Notes: generated by a model from the sequence alone, not told the origin. A stretch of 64,000 nucleotides of DNA from the human T2T-CHM13v2.0 reference genome, Homo sapiens (GCF_009914755.1 NC_060925.1), one strand, 5' to 3'. Counted from the first letter of the stretch, positions 27,201 to 57,843 are shown. Numbers and translations are program-made.

Positions 27201-27535
27201 AAGGGCGTGGGCATAACATGGCATGTTTGACGTCCCTTCCCATCATAGCTGGAAACCCTGTTTTTAAGGTTCCCTGGGGTCCCCTTGGCCAAAAGGGGGT
27301 CCATTTAGTTGGTTGGGGGGTGTAGGATTTTATTTTTAGTTTACAGTTGTTAGCCCTGATGTGGACCATTTCCATCCTATCTAGGTTTACCAAGATTCAA
27401 AACACGAAGCTGACCATGAAGCGGGACGGCATTGGGTCAGTGCGGTACCAGGTCTTGGAGGTGTCTCGGCAACCACTCTTCACCAATATCACAGTGGACA
27501 TTGGGCGGCCTCCGTCGTGGCCCCCTCGGGGCTGA
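18241..27535 (+). CDS. B4GALT2: Beta-1,4-galactosyltransferase 2 (372 aa)
   Basis: Exons 18241-18553, 18769-19004, 21945-22135, 22358-22480, 22599-22703 and 27385-27535 total 1119 nt. GT7 motifs [20 protein letters not shown] and WGWGGEDDD; N-terminal type II membrane anchor. Confidence 0.97.
18415..18435 (+). repeat. Coding (AGC)7 repeat encoding poly-Ser in the B4GALT2 stem
   Basis: Seven perfect AGC units in frame. Confidence 0.9.
19560..20810 (-). mobile_element. Degraded LINE-2 body
   Basis: Purine-rich L2-like words (tagaaaggtcactctgg, gcaggcagttagacaaatgagtctgga, ggatttagcaacaagg, gaagcagattgcagtgggttgaag). Confidence 0.6.
24540..25190 (+). mobile_element. LINE-2 3' portion
   Basis: aaaatctgggagt..., cctggactactgcagtggcctccaactggtttccc, ending agcacagcctggcacatggtggtgctcaataaata. 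Confidence 0.65.
25312..25950 (+). mobile_element. Nested Alus (inner Alu ~25458-25770 in the mid A-tract of an outer Alu)
   Basis: Left monomer, then a full Alu, then a right monomer; outer TSD gtctgagctga at 25302-25312 and 25951-25961. Confidence 0.88.
26124..27345 (-). mobile_element. ERV1 MER4-group solo LTR containing an Alu (26149-26426)
   Basis: TG...CA termini; the minus-strand start tgtaaactaaaaataaaatcct...tggaccccc...ggccaagggg resembles MER4-family LTRs; near-TSD gtgg/gttg; internal Alu with TSD aaaaatcactagatca. Subfamily not determined. Confidence 0.75.
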
Positions 27536-28236
27536 CACTAATGGACAGAGGCTCTCGGTGCCGAAGATTGCCTGCCAGAGGACTGACCACAGCCTGGCTG
27601 GCAGCTGCTCTGTGGAGGACCTCCAGGACTGAGACTGGGCTCTGTTTTCCAAGGGTCTTCACTAGGCCCCCTAGCTACACCTGGAAGTTTCAGAACCCAC
27701 TTTGGGGGGCCTCCTGCCTGGGCAGGCTCTTCAAGTGTGGCCCTCTTTGGAGTCAACCCTCCTTCCCGACCCCCTCCCCCTAGCCCAGCCCCAGTCACTG
27801 TCAGGGTCGGGCCAGCCCCTGCACTGCCTCGCAGAGTGGCCTGGGCTAGGTCACTCCACCTCTCTGTGCCTCAGTTTCCCCCCCTTGAGTCCCCTAGGGC
27901 CTGGAAGGGTGGGAGGTATGTCTAGGGGGCAGTGTCTCTTCCAGGGGGAATTCTCAGCTCTTGGGAACCCCCTTGCTCCCAGGGGAGGGGAAACCTTTTT
28001 CATTCAACATTGTAGGGGGCAAGCTTTGGTGCGCCCCCTGCTGAGGAGCAGCCCCAGGAGGGGACCAGAGGGGATGCTGTGTCGCTGCCTGGGATCTTGG
28101 GGTTGGCCTTTGCATGGGAGGCAGGTGGGGCTTGGATCAGTAAGTCTGGTTCCCGCCTCCCTGTCTGAGAGAGGAGGCAGGAGCCCCAGGGCCGGCTTGT
28201 GTTTGTACATTGCACAGAAACTTGTGTGGGTGCTTT

Positions 28237-28242
28237 AGTAAA
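28237..28242 (+). terminator. B4GALT2: B4GALT2 variant poly(A) signal AGTAAA (canonical AATAAA also at 28472)
   Basis: Upstream TGTA at 28204 and downstream GU-rich sequence. Confidence 0.55.
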
Positions 28243-28439
28243 AAACGTGAATGGAGCAGCTCCCTTGTCTGTTTGGGGGTGGGGGTCGGGTCCCTGAACG
28301 TGGTTACCCTGAGTGTGTTGTGGTGGAAGGGCACTTGGGGAACCTGGCCCAACAAGTAAACCTGACCCGGGCCATCCTGGTTCTCCAAGCGCTGCCACTC
28401 CCTAGGCTTTCACTGGCCTTAAGGGGAAGTTTGTCCTTG

Positions 28440-33252
<4,813 letters not shown>

Positions 33253-33597
33253 AGGGCTGGTCACCGAGTAGGCTCTGGCTTCTGCCACAGCGCACCTGTC
33301 TGCCGCTGCCGCCTCAGCTGCTTTGGCCCAGCCAGCTTCAGATCTGGTCTTGGCGAGCTCTCGCCAGGACCCCAAGGCTGTTGGTCTGTCTGGCCCTTGC
33401 CCCACCCCCTTGCCAGATCCCTGGTGTCTGGAGCTGAGTGGCCGGGCATCGGTCCCAAGCATCAAAGCCTTTGGCCTTTCTCCTCCCAGGCCTCCACAAA
33501 GGCCTGGCAGACAGAGGTCTCATTCCAGCCTGACTCTTGTCCCCTGGGGGACCCAGACAAAGCACAGCAGCCGCTCAGAGACAGGAATAGAAATTTC

Positions 33598-33603
33598 ATT
33601 AAA
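33598..33603 (+). terminator. CCDC24: CCDC24 poly(A) signal ATTAAA
   Basis: The only hexamer I found within ~400 nt after the stop codon. Confidence 0.6.
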
Positions 33604-34636
33604 ATCTATGGACTTTAAAATCCTAGTGGTGCACAATGGGCAGGGATGGGCGGCGCACCGTTATTGCTACAGAGGATTAGAGGTGGCTTGGCCGGGGCTG
33701 TCACTGCACAGAGGACGGACAAATGAACACTTCAGGGATTCAGACACTTCAGAAGGGGCTCCCACTCCAGAGAGGGGAGGGGCATGTGGGCTGGGGCCAT
33801 TTGGCACATGAACGAGGGCAGCACATTTGGGAAGACTGGGCCTTTAGCCTCATGGAGGGAGGGCAAGGGGGTGTCGTGCAGGGTCCCCTTCCCCAGGGTG
33901 CTGGGCTCAAACCTCCTGTGGAGCAGCCCCCACCCCATCCCCCAGAAACAAATGCTTTGGGCAGGCTGCTGGGTCACGGGCCCCTGCTGGCTGGGCCTGA
34001 CAGCCAGGCCTGGAATGAGGGGCAGAGACCCCGGAGCAGCCCAGTGAGGTGCAAGCAGGCCTGGAAGACAGACTGAACCCGAGGCTGGGGGCGAGGAGGT
34101 GGCGACCACAGAGAATACAATGTTTACAAAAATAATTACACAGATAAACAGGGCTGGGCAGCACAGCCTGACAAGTAACACTGGGCAGTCCCCCAGCCCT
34201 TCATCCTGCCCCTAGGGAGGAATAGCCAAATGTGCCTGGCAGAGGCTGGGGTCGGCTCTGAGGGCAGGAGCACTAGTCATGGGGCTGGAGGCCCACCCAG
34301 AACCTCAGCTCAGGGCAGGGTATAAGGGTATCGGAGGCCACGTAAAGCCATCCAGGCTGCTGGGGACCTGGCCCGAGACCCCTCCAAAGTGCTTTGGACC
34401 TCCCAGCAACCCTCCACTCCCACCCCTCCCCCCAGCTGCTATCTTGGCATCCAAAGGACATGTAAACACTGGGGACATGAGCATGAATGACTGCACTAGC
34501 AGTGGTGACCAAGGTGACAGCAGCCGTCCTGGCCAGGGCGTGGCAGGGGGCAGGCAGAGACACCTGGCCTCTGCCTCACCAGTCTCTGCGGTGGGAGCAC
34601 GGGGTGGGGGTGGGGCCACTCCCCTGGCAGCTGTGC

Positions 34637-47981
<13,345 letters not shown>

Positions 47982-48617
47982 CTGTGGGGACAGGAGAGAA
48001 GCTACCATCAGCAAGGCATTTGTGCTCCATGCCTGACCCTCTGGGCCTCCCCCAGCAGGGAAACCGTGGCCCCTCCAACACCCCTCCCCGGGCTTCCCCT
48101 CTGCTGGCAGGAGCTTCAGGCAGGCCTGGCAAAGGAGGGAAGCAGAGAGTAGTGGCTGCCAGAGGGCGCCAAGCAGAGCTTCCCTCACCAGCCCCACAGC
48201 ACCCAGTGCCAGGTGCACAGCCCACCTGAGGAGCTGCTACCAGCATCCGGGAGGCGGGACACTGAAGAGGGAGCTAGGGCCAGGAGCCCCCAAGCCCCTC
48301 CAAAACCTCCCCTTGCCCCTCTGGGTAAGGATCTGGGAGCAGCTGAGCCTCATACCAAGCAGCCAAGTCAGGCTGGGCACAAAGGGGCCTGTGTCCAGAC
48401 AGCCCCCCCACCCGTCGCCTACCACATCACCAGGCTGAGCACGCTGCCCCTGGGCAGGCGACTGCGGGGGAGGGGAGGTTAGACCCCTCCCCCAGCTGAA
48501 GGCTTCTTCCTGGGGGCACAGAGTGGGCAGGGCTGGGGGGAAATGGGGGAGCAGCTGAGCCGGGACAGACATGGGGAGGGCATTCTGGGACTCTAGGTGG
48601 GAGGGTCCGGGGAGCTA

Positions 48618-48998
<381 letters not shown>

Positions 48999-51977
48999 TT
49001 AATAAGTGCCATGCTCCTTCCACCTCCCTCCCACAGTGAGCAGGAAATTAATCAGAGCCCAAGGGCCCCAAGGGGTCTCACTAAGGAGACAGGGGCTCAG
49101 TGTCACCAACAGAAACACAGACAGACCTTAGTGCCAGAGACAGCCTCCCAGAGGTGAGCTATTCCCCTGAGAGAAACAGACAGACCTGGCATCAGAGATG
49201 GAGCCCCGTAGCCTCAGAGAGATGCCAGTGATGTGACATTCACCCTCCGCTTGAAAGAGACATATTCGACAGCAGTCACTCTGGTCAATAAGCAAGGCAG
49301 CCTGGTGCAGGTGAAATGCTATCAGACCCTGATGCTGATGAACAAACACAGACGGAATGAATGGCCTCCCTGGGCCCCAAGCGCCTTGGATAGGCCAGGT
49401 GGGAATGTGGGCAAAGGAGGCACCAAGGCCTGACGGGTGGGCACTGCAGCACAGACACCTTTGTGGGGCAGCCACCCTGTGCTCTCAATCCAGCATCGAC
49501 CCTGCCGAGATGTGATCCTCACACCCTCCACAGAGGGCAGGGGTGCAGTGCCAGGGACCATGGGTTTCCTTCAAGGAGCACCCAGAGCAAATCAGTGGCT
49601 GAACAAGCCTTCTTTCATTCATTCATTGATTCATTCATGCAATGGCAGATTTATTGACACTGGCTATGTGCCAGGCACTGTGCCAGGAAGTGGGACTTCA
49701 GCAGAGAGCTCCTACCCATTCGGAGCTGGAAATCTAGTGGGGGTGCAATGAAATGTATACACCCATCATCTTTAGATGTGGCTTCAGGGTGACCACAGAG
49801 GGGATCATCTCAAAATCACAAGAGTATGGAAGGAGGACAAGGCAGGAAAGCAGGGCTGAGGTCAAGGAAGGTCTCCCTGATGAAGAGGCTTGAAGACATG
49901 CTTGGCCCTGGTAGAGGGTGCCCCCCGGCCTGAGTGTGCCCTCTGTGACATGCCCCTACAGAATCCTGTCTGAGCATGTCACCACCTCCTGGGGCCTTCA
50001 CTGGGGCAGGTGTGGCAAGATCACAGAGTCAAGGGCCCATTTTTTGGAGGGTGTGAGGCCTGCTGGGGGTGGTCTATCTGGTCCCAAACAAATGCCAGCC
50101 AAATAGGGCTCCTATATGTTGACCCTACAATACCAGTTTTATTCTGTCCCAGGGTTGTTTACTTAGGGGCACAATGCCTGATTGTGCCAGCAGCACAGTA
50201 CACGGATGGGGTCACAGAGCAGCAGTTACAGCTGTAAAAGGGACAACTGATGGTCCAGGATGGACCCATGGGCAGGGTAAGGGCAAGGCCCTTTGCAGAG
50301 ATCCAGGTTCCCAAGGCTTGAAGATCAAGGCCTGTCTCCTGTTCCCAGCAGGATGAGGGACAGATGCCCCATACCCCCTGACCAAGTGGGACCACATTTG
50401 GATCCCTGAAGTCTGCTCCTTCCCTGGCAGGGGGAGGTACGGGGAAGGTGGTGATGCTTCCAGCCACGTGCCACAGACAGCCGCCTGCCTGAGCCCTCAA
50501 GAGCCAGCCACTGCTCCGTTAATGAGCCGTGTGCTAACCAGCTTAGCCGTGCGGGCTGTAACCCAGGGAGGCCACAGCCCCCGCGACAGGGCTGAACCGG
50601 GGTTGGCGACGGGGCTCTGGCAGGAAGTTTCTGACAACACTAAAGGTCTGCTGTATGCAGAGGATCCTTGCAGAAGCAGCACCCACTTCTGCTTGGGCCT
50701 GGGTCCCAGCACTGTGGCGCTCGACCACGGGAATCTGGCCCAGGCTTGGCCTCTGTCTTCAACTCCAGGGCTGTCTACGCTCAGGTGGCTTGGCTGGGGA
50801 GGGCTGAGCTCTCAGCGGACGACAGAGCAGGCCTACCTTTCTCCAAGCAAACTGGAGGAAAGACTCTCCAAAAAAAAATCCAGGCACTTTCTGGGTGTTC
50901 TAGTTCCCTTCCTTGTCCAGATCTCCTCTGGGGACCACCCTCTGACTTCCCTCCTGAGCAGCTAAATCTTTTTCAATACTGTATGGCTTTTTTTCTCCCT
51001 CCTTGCATAATCTTTCCTATTCTAAGCCTCTAGTTTTTCTTGATCTGCTGGGTGGACGGCTGTGTCACTGATATGAACTGTCCCTGCAGTGGTCATCAGC
51101 TGAGGTACCCACGGAAAAATCCCTTTGTGCTCACGATTTGACTCAGACTGGCTGCCCGTCTGCCTGAGCCAGCTCAGCCCCATGGATGGGCTCTGCTCCA
51201 GGCTTCTCCTAACCCCCACCACCATCACCACCATCTGCCCCCCTCTGCTCACCCTCACTCACTTGCTGACATCTCAGTGGGGAATTAAACCATAGCGGCA
51301 TGGTTCCCTCTGGCTTGGCCCCCTCTTCTGCAGGCTCCCTAGGCAGCCCCTATGTGCCCTGTCACCCTTCCTGGCAGCTCTGAGAGGCCACTGCCAGGAC
51401 AAAGCAGCCTCCACTTGCCACTGCCATGGGCTCAGCGGGTGGTCTCCAGGACAGGACTACCCTGCCCTGTCCCCAAGCTCTCCCAGCCATGGAAGGAATG
51501 GAGGCTTTCCTTCCATGGCAGGGTGGGGTGAGCTGGCTGACACATATACACCCATACACACACACACACACCCCTCAGATGTTCCCTTACCCTTAGAACC
51601 AGTCATTGAGACAGGAGTGTCCACCCTGGCACAAGGACTTATGATCTTTCCTGGTTTAACAGCCTCCCACCCCTTCCCTGCCTAGCTGGGAGAGCCACAC
51701 TGAGCAAAGTCACTTACATAAGTCCTTTACACAGCCCTCTGCTTGGCTTATTTACTGCTCTGGCTGAGCCCCTGGAATTAAGGCTGCTCAGCTCCGAGGG
51801 CAGAATCCAGATCTCCCACTCAGCCCTGGGCTTGGCAGAGGCGGGACACCGGTGCAGGTGAGAGCCCTGGTGCTCTAGGGCCCGCTCCTCCAGTAGAGCC
51901 CTGGGCAAGCCACTTCCACTCTTGGTATCTCAGCACTGCTGTCTACAAAAGCAGGGGACAGACTAGATAACCTCACT

Positions 51978-52020
51978 ATCAGACAAGATCGGGTGCGTTC
52001 AGGATGGTATGGCCATAGAC
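51978..52020 (-). pseudogene. Tailless 5S rRNA retropseudogene (5S nt ~1-43)
   Basis: Reverse complement gtctatggccataccatcctgaacgcacccgatcttgtctgat versus 5S GTCTACGGCCATACCACCCTGAACGCGCCCGATCTCGTCTGAT (4 transitions); TSD tagataacctcact at 51964-51977 and 52021-52034. Confidence 0.92.
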
Positions 52021-54124
52021 TAGATAACCTCACTTTCAATCGATCTGCCAGATTCCCAGGCTAGATAGCCTCTGTAGCTACTCATATTCCATAGCTCTCC
52101 CTCACCTGGAATTTTGCTATTTCTGACTTTCCCCTGTACATTCCATTAGTTCCCACTAGCTTTCTAGATTACTAAAAACAATTTTGCCCTTTTTTTTCCT
52201 GATTATAAAAGCATAATAAGCTATCACACACAAAAAAATTAGAAAATACAGAAAAAGGTAAAGAGGAAATGCAGCAACAAAGCCTACTCCCAGAGCGAAC
52301 CGGGCCAGCCCCAGGATGCACTCCTGCCTTTTGCTGTTGCACAGACTCAGGGAGCCCAGCTCTCCACCCTGGACGGTGACTGTGCTCTGGTGTGACACTC
52401 CCGCCTCCTAGATCAGTGGCCAGTGGATATTTTTGTGAATTGTGAGCTTCCCCCTCCTGCTCTGGGTGGACACTGAGGAATCCTGGAGCTGCCCTGGATG
52501 GGCGGGCCCCTCTGGGACCCAGCAGGCTTTGTGTTTAGGACTCTCCAGCCCCAGGGTTTGCTCATGGGATGAAGTCCCATCCAAGACAAACTTTATGGAG
52601 GAGAATGGGCAAGACCTCACATCCCAGACTGACTTTGAGCCAAATCAGATCACTGGCAACTTTCTCTAAGCCCCAATGGGGAATCTAGACAGAACAGCCA
52701 TTACAGTAAATTGTGGCTGCCTCAGAAGACCCCACGACCTCCTTCCGGCCAGGCACCCCTCAGTTTTTGTTCTCTCCTATCAGTGCAGGGCCCAGCCTGG
52801 CCCACAGGCAGCACCTACCCTGCAATGACAGAATCTTCTGTCCTTCACCTACATGGCACTGAGTAGGGGCAGAGAGACCCAGCTGCAGCTCTGATCTCTG
52901 GCCTCAGTTACCTGGATACGGGAGAGTCTGGGGCCGGGGTGGAGGGGCAGAACATGGGAAAATCTCCCCCGGGCCGAGCAGCCCCCAGTGGCCATTCATG
53001 CCTCCTGCCTCAAGGCAAACCTCAGAGCCATCTCTGGGCACCTCTCAGGACTCCAGGTGCCTTCAGAGTCCAGGCCTTCATATAGCAGATGAGAGAGGCA
53101 AGAATACGCCTTGTGCTTATCCATTGCAGAGCCCTGACTGGCAGCAAGGGACCTGCCAATATTGTGGGCTGCAGACAGATGACTGGCACCCCCAGGCATG
53201 CCGGGCTCCACTCCAGGCCCTGGGGTGAGTGATGGAGGACCCTGGGTGGACCCTGGCCAGCTCCTCGCTTCCCACCCCAGACAAGCCCAGGAGGGAAGAC
53301 TGGAGGCAATGGTCATGTCCTGTGCTGCAGCGGCTGGGGGCGGCGTCTACCCTCACTGGCTAGCAGCAGGCAGGCACTCTGGAAAGTGGCTTTGGTTCTT
53401 GACCCTAGCAGTACTGAGGCTTGAGGGCAGCCCTGCGTACTGTTCCTCCCAGACCCATCCCACATCGCCTCAGAGGACATTCCCTCTCTTGCCTTTTGAA
53501 GGTCAAGTCAGGATGTCCTACAGGGGAGAAGTGTAGCTTTCGAGTCTCCTCACCCTCGCTGCCATCCGCTGACATCTCCACCCGTCCCCGGCGTCCAGGG
53601 ATGAGGACACACCGGCTCCCAGCCCATGCGGGCACTTGCCCTGGACCCTGGAAAATGTTCTGTGGGGTCTCTCTCTTCCCAGCTGAGACTCTTGCCCCAT
53701 CCCCTTCCCCCACCCCTTGCCACTGAAACCATGTACCACGTTCCCCTGCCCCCTCACCCACTCTTCCCATAGGAGTAACTGCCGTGGCACAGACAATGAG
53801 GCTGTATTGATTAGTACAATTCCTGGGCACCTCCGGCCCGTCTCCCCGGGAGCTAGGACAATGCAGCTTTGATACACAGAGCAGATTCTCAGCAGGTCCT
53901 TGGGCTGGGGGAGCCCTCACACCCCCACTCTCCTCCCCCTCACCCCCACCACACAGCTAACTCTTCCTACACTCCTTTGCACAGTTGCAACTTTCTGGGT
54001 CACTTTGGCTGGTGTCTGTCTTGCTTGCTGGCTGTGCCTGCCCCTCCCTGGCACAGACCACTCAGCCCCTCTCCCCATCCGCAGCCCAGCCTCTCAGCCT
54101 GCCTGGCACCAAGGAGGGGGCTCA

Positions 54125-54232
<108 letters not shown>

Positions 54233-54466
54233 TCACACCTCTGCCAGCTCCAGCGCGACACTGACGCATCCCCTGCCTCTCCCACTGCCGGGCTGGGCAG
54301 CGTCAATTACTTTCACCTCATCTCCTCCCGAAGCTCTGCCTACCCGCTCCCCTGGCCCTGCCCCTCCGGCCAGTCCCCATGCAGCCCAGCACGGGTGCTC
54401 CGGAGCTGGAGTGGGGTGTGTGGGGTTTGTTGTGTTTTTCCCTTGTTCCCAGCAAGTAACTGGAAC

Positions 54467-54468
<2 letters not shown>

Positions 54469-54504
<36 letters not shown>
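54469..54504. repeat. (CA)18 microsatellite
   Basis: Read directly; about 240 bp upstream of the GlyT1b/c ATG. Confidence 0.95.
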
Positions 54505-54507
<3 letters not shown>

Positions 54508-55405
54508 TGGGGCAGAGCAGGCGAGAGGGTGGCTCACTCCCCCCACGGAGCTGACCAGACGCTGTCTGAGCCCACAGGCCTAGCACTGGGTGGGCTCCTG
54601 CTAGGGTAGTTGGGTGTCTGATGAGTGACGGGGTCTGCCCCATTGGGCCCTGGATGGTGACCGGCAGGAGGATGGAAGGCACAGTCCACAGGGCACCACC
54701 AGAGCAGCTCAGGCTCCACGGAGGGGTGCGGGCTGGGAGAAACCAAGCCCTAGGGCTGTACCTGACACCCCCCACCAACCAGAGATGGGGACTCCCAAAC
54801 TGCCAGGGTGATGGGGCGTCTTCCTAGGAGAATGCAACTGACCATGCAAGAAAGCCCTGGCCTAGTGAACCACGCTGTCAGCTGTCTGGACAAAGATGGC
54901 ATTAGCCAAGGGGGCAAGTCATCCCAGAGTCCAGACAAAGGGGGACTGTGGAATAAGAACCCGTGAGGATTTGCACCGTGATGCCCAGAAGCTGAGGTGC
55001 TAGTCTGGGAGTGTGCGTGGCGTGGGCTGGTAGGTCCAGTGGTGTCGTCACCATGACTATAGTCACCACTACTGTAGTGGGATGCCACTCAGACCCATCC
55101 AGTCCCTTTCTCTGAGGCCACACACACTGGCCAGTCTCCTGCTGACCCCAAGATACCTCAGACCAGTGGCTCGGAAGGTGGGCATATGCATTCCGGTGCC
55201 AGGAATGTGTCAGGCCCTTTGGAAACTGGTCAGTCAGCAGAAGGCCTGGCTTACCACAGGACCTCAGGAAATATCAGTCAGATGGACACGTGCATGAATT
55301 CTGGTGTAAGAACAGCTTTCCTGTGAGTTTGGTGAGTGTGGCAACCCCGTAGGGAACATAAGGAGTTTTGTCAAGCACAGGATGACATTAAAAATTTAAA
55401 AACAG

Positions 55406-56055
<650 letters not shown>

Positions 56056-57200
56056 AAAGTCACAGCCTTTAGAGTTTGACAGTCCTGGGTTCAAACCCTA
56101 GCTTTGTCAGTTTCTCACCATATATAACCTTAGGCAAGTCCATTAACATGTCGGATCTCAGTTTCTCCATCTCTAAAACGGGGAAACCACCCACCAATCA
56201 TTGAATCTAGTGAGCATTAGTAATAATGGTAATAGAAAATACATAGTAAGTGCTTGCTGTGGGCCAGGCACTGTCCTGGCTCAGCATACATGGGACGCTT
56301 GCTTCACAGACAGCCCATCACCCTGTGGGCACTCACCTAGTATGGTACAAGTTAACTTCCCATATCTTAACTCATTGGGTCCTCCCAGCTGTCCCATGAG
56401 GTAGGTCCATTATTATCTCCATGTTGGTTTGGGGAAGATGGGGACAGGCCTTGGCTCAAGCAAGTGTCCTAAGGATGGCCTCAGATCCTACCGACTCAGC
56501 TGCTCACTGAGCCAGCCTCATGCGCCTGGTCCCCAGACACACTCCCCTGACTTCCCATGGGCGCAGACTGAGGGCCAAGGCGCTGGCTGGGCCACTGGCT
56601 CCAGGAAGGTCCCGTCACCCATGATGCCCAAATGCTCACTTGCACCGAGGGTGGGCTCTGGGCTCTGGCTGCCCTGGCCTGGGCCGGGTGCCCAGAACAG
56701 GCAGCCATGGCTGGACGGCTTTCCCTGGCTCTGGCCATGGGGACAGGAGGCGGCAGCAGCCCAGCTGGGCCCTGGCCGTAATGAGGCCTCATTAGCGAGA
56801 TCCAGCTGCTCTAGCCCCACTTAGGGATGCTGACTCCCCCAGCTCCCGCCTCTGACTTTGCCTAATAAGAGTGGGCATGCTTCCAGAGGGGCAAGGAGGC
56901 TAGGGTCTTTGTTGTCCCCTGTGACTCTGGAGGGAAGGTCCCGCTGAGCTGGGACTGAGAAGTGCCGGGGATGGGGGAGGGCTGCAGGGAGGCTGTGTGG
57001 GAGGCCGGGCTACAGGGTTGAGTAGGTGGGCTAGACAGGAAGTGGGGAGGGGGAGGGAGGGCAGGGCCCCCGACCAGAGAGGAAGCTGAGGAAGGCTGGA
57101 ACTTTTCCTCTGGATCTAGATATTGCCCATTTCACGGAGGATGGGGTAGCTGCTAATCTAGGATCAGCGGAAGGTCATTGCTTAGGCTGTCCTGGCTAGA

Positions 57201-57843
57201 AGAGCACCTCCACTGTACTAGGCCTTATCTAAGGAGAATGCCCACTGTGTGCCAGGCCCTGAGCCGGGATAGCACTTACTGGATGTCAAATCTTGTGCTG
57301 GAAGCACCTGCTGTGTGTGAGAACCTGCATCAGCAGAGTGCCCACCGTGTGCCAAATCCGATGCTGATCAGCAGAGTGCCTCTTGTGTGCCAAGTCCGAT
57401 GCTGAGACAGCACTCATTGTGTGTCAGCCCCAGGTGGGGAGCCCCTGTGGTGTGCTAGGTCCTGTACTAGGGGAGTACCCCGGGTATGTCGAATTCTGTG
57501 CCAGGTAAGGACCCAATGTGCGCCCAGCTCTGAGCTGGGTGAGCACCCACTGTGTACCTGGCAGTGTGCTAGATGAATGCCTACAGGGTGACAGGCTGTC
57601 TTCTAAGGGAGTGTTTAATGTGTGCCAAGTCTGCACTAGTTGAGCATTTGCCACATGCTAAGACTTCGGTTAGGTGAGTGCCCAGGCAGGGACAGGCCCT
57701 CTACCAAGGGAGTGTCCAAGGTGTGCCAAACCCTGTGCTTGGTGACCTCCCAATAATGCACCAAGCCTGCACTAGTTGAGCTCTTGCTACATGCCAACAC
57801 TTGGGCTGGGTGAGTCCCCACTATGTGCCAGGTCCTATGACGG
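57201..57843. repeat. Degenerate ~34-bp tandem array (~19 units)
   Basis: Recurring unit approximately (T)GAGYRCCYACTGTGTGCCARGYCCTGTGCTRGG. Confidence 0.75.

Noticed and set aside
27533-27541. B4GALT2 stop context TGA-CAC-TAA as possible read-through
   Set aside because: It is not the TGA-CTAG motif, and read-through would add only two residues.
57201-57843. CRISPR-like interpretation of the ~34-bp periodic region
   Set aside because: Human intron, no repeat-spacer alternation, degenerate units and no cas genes.
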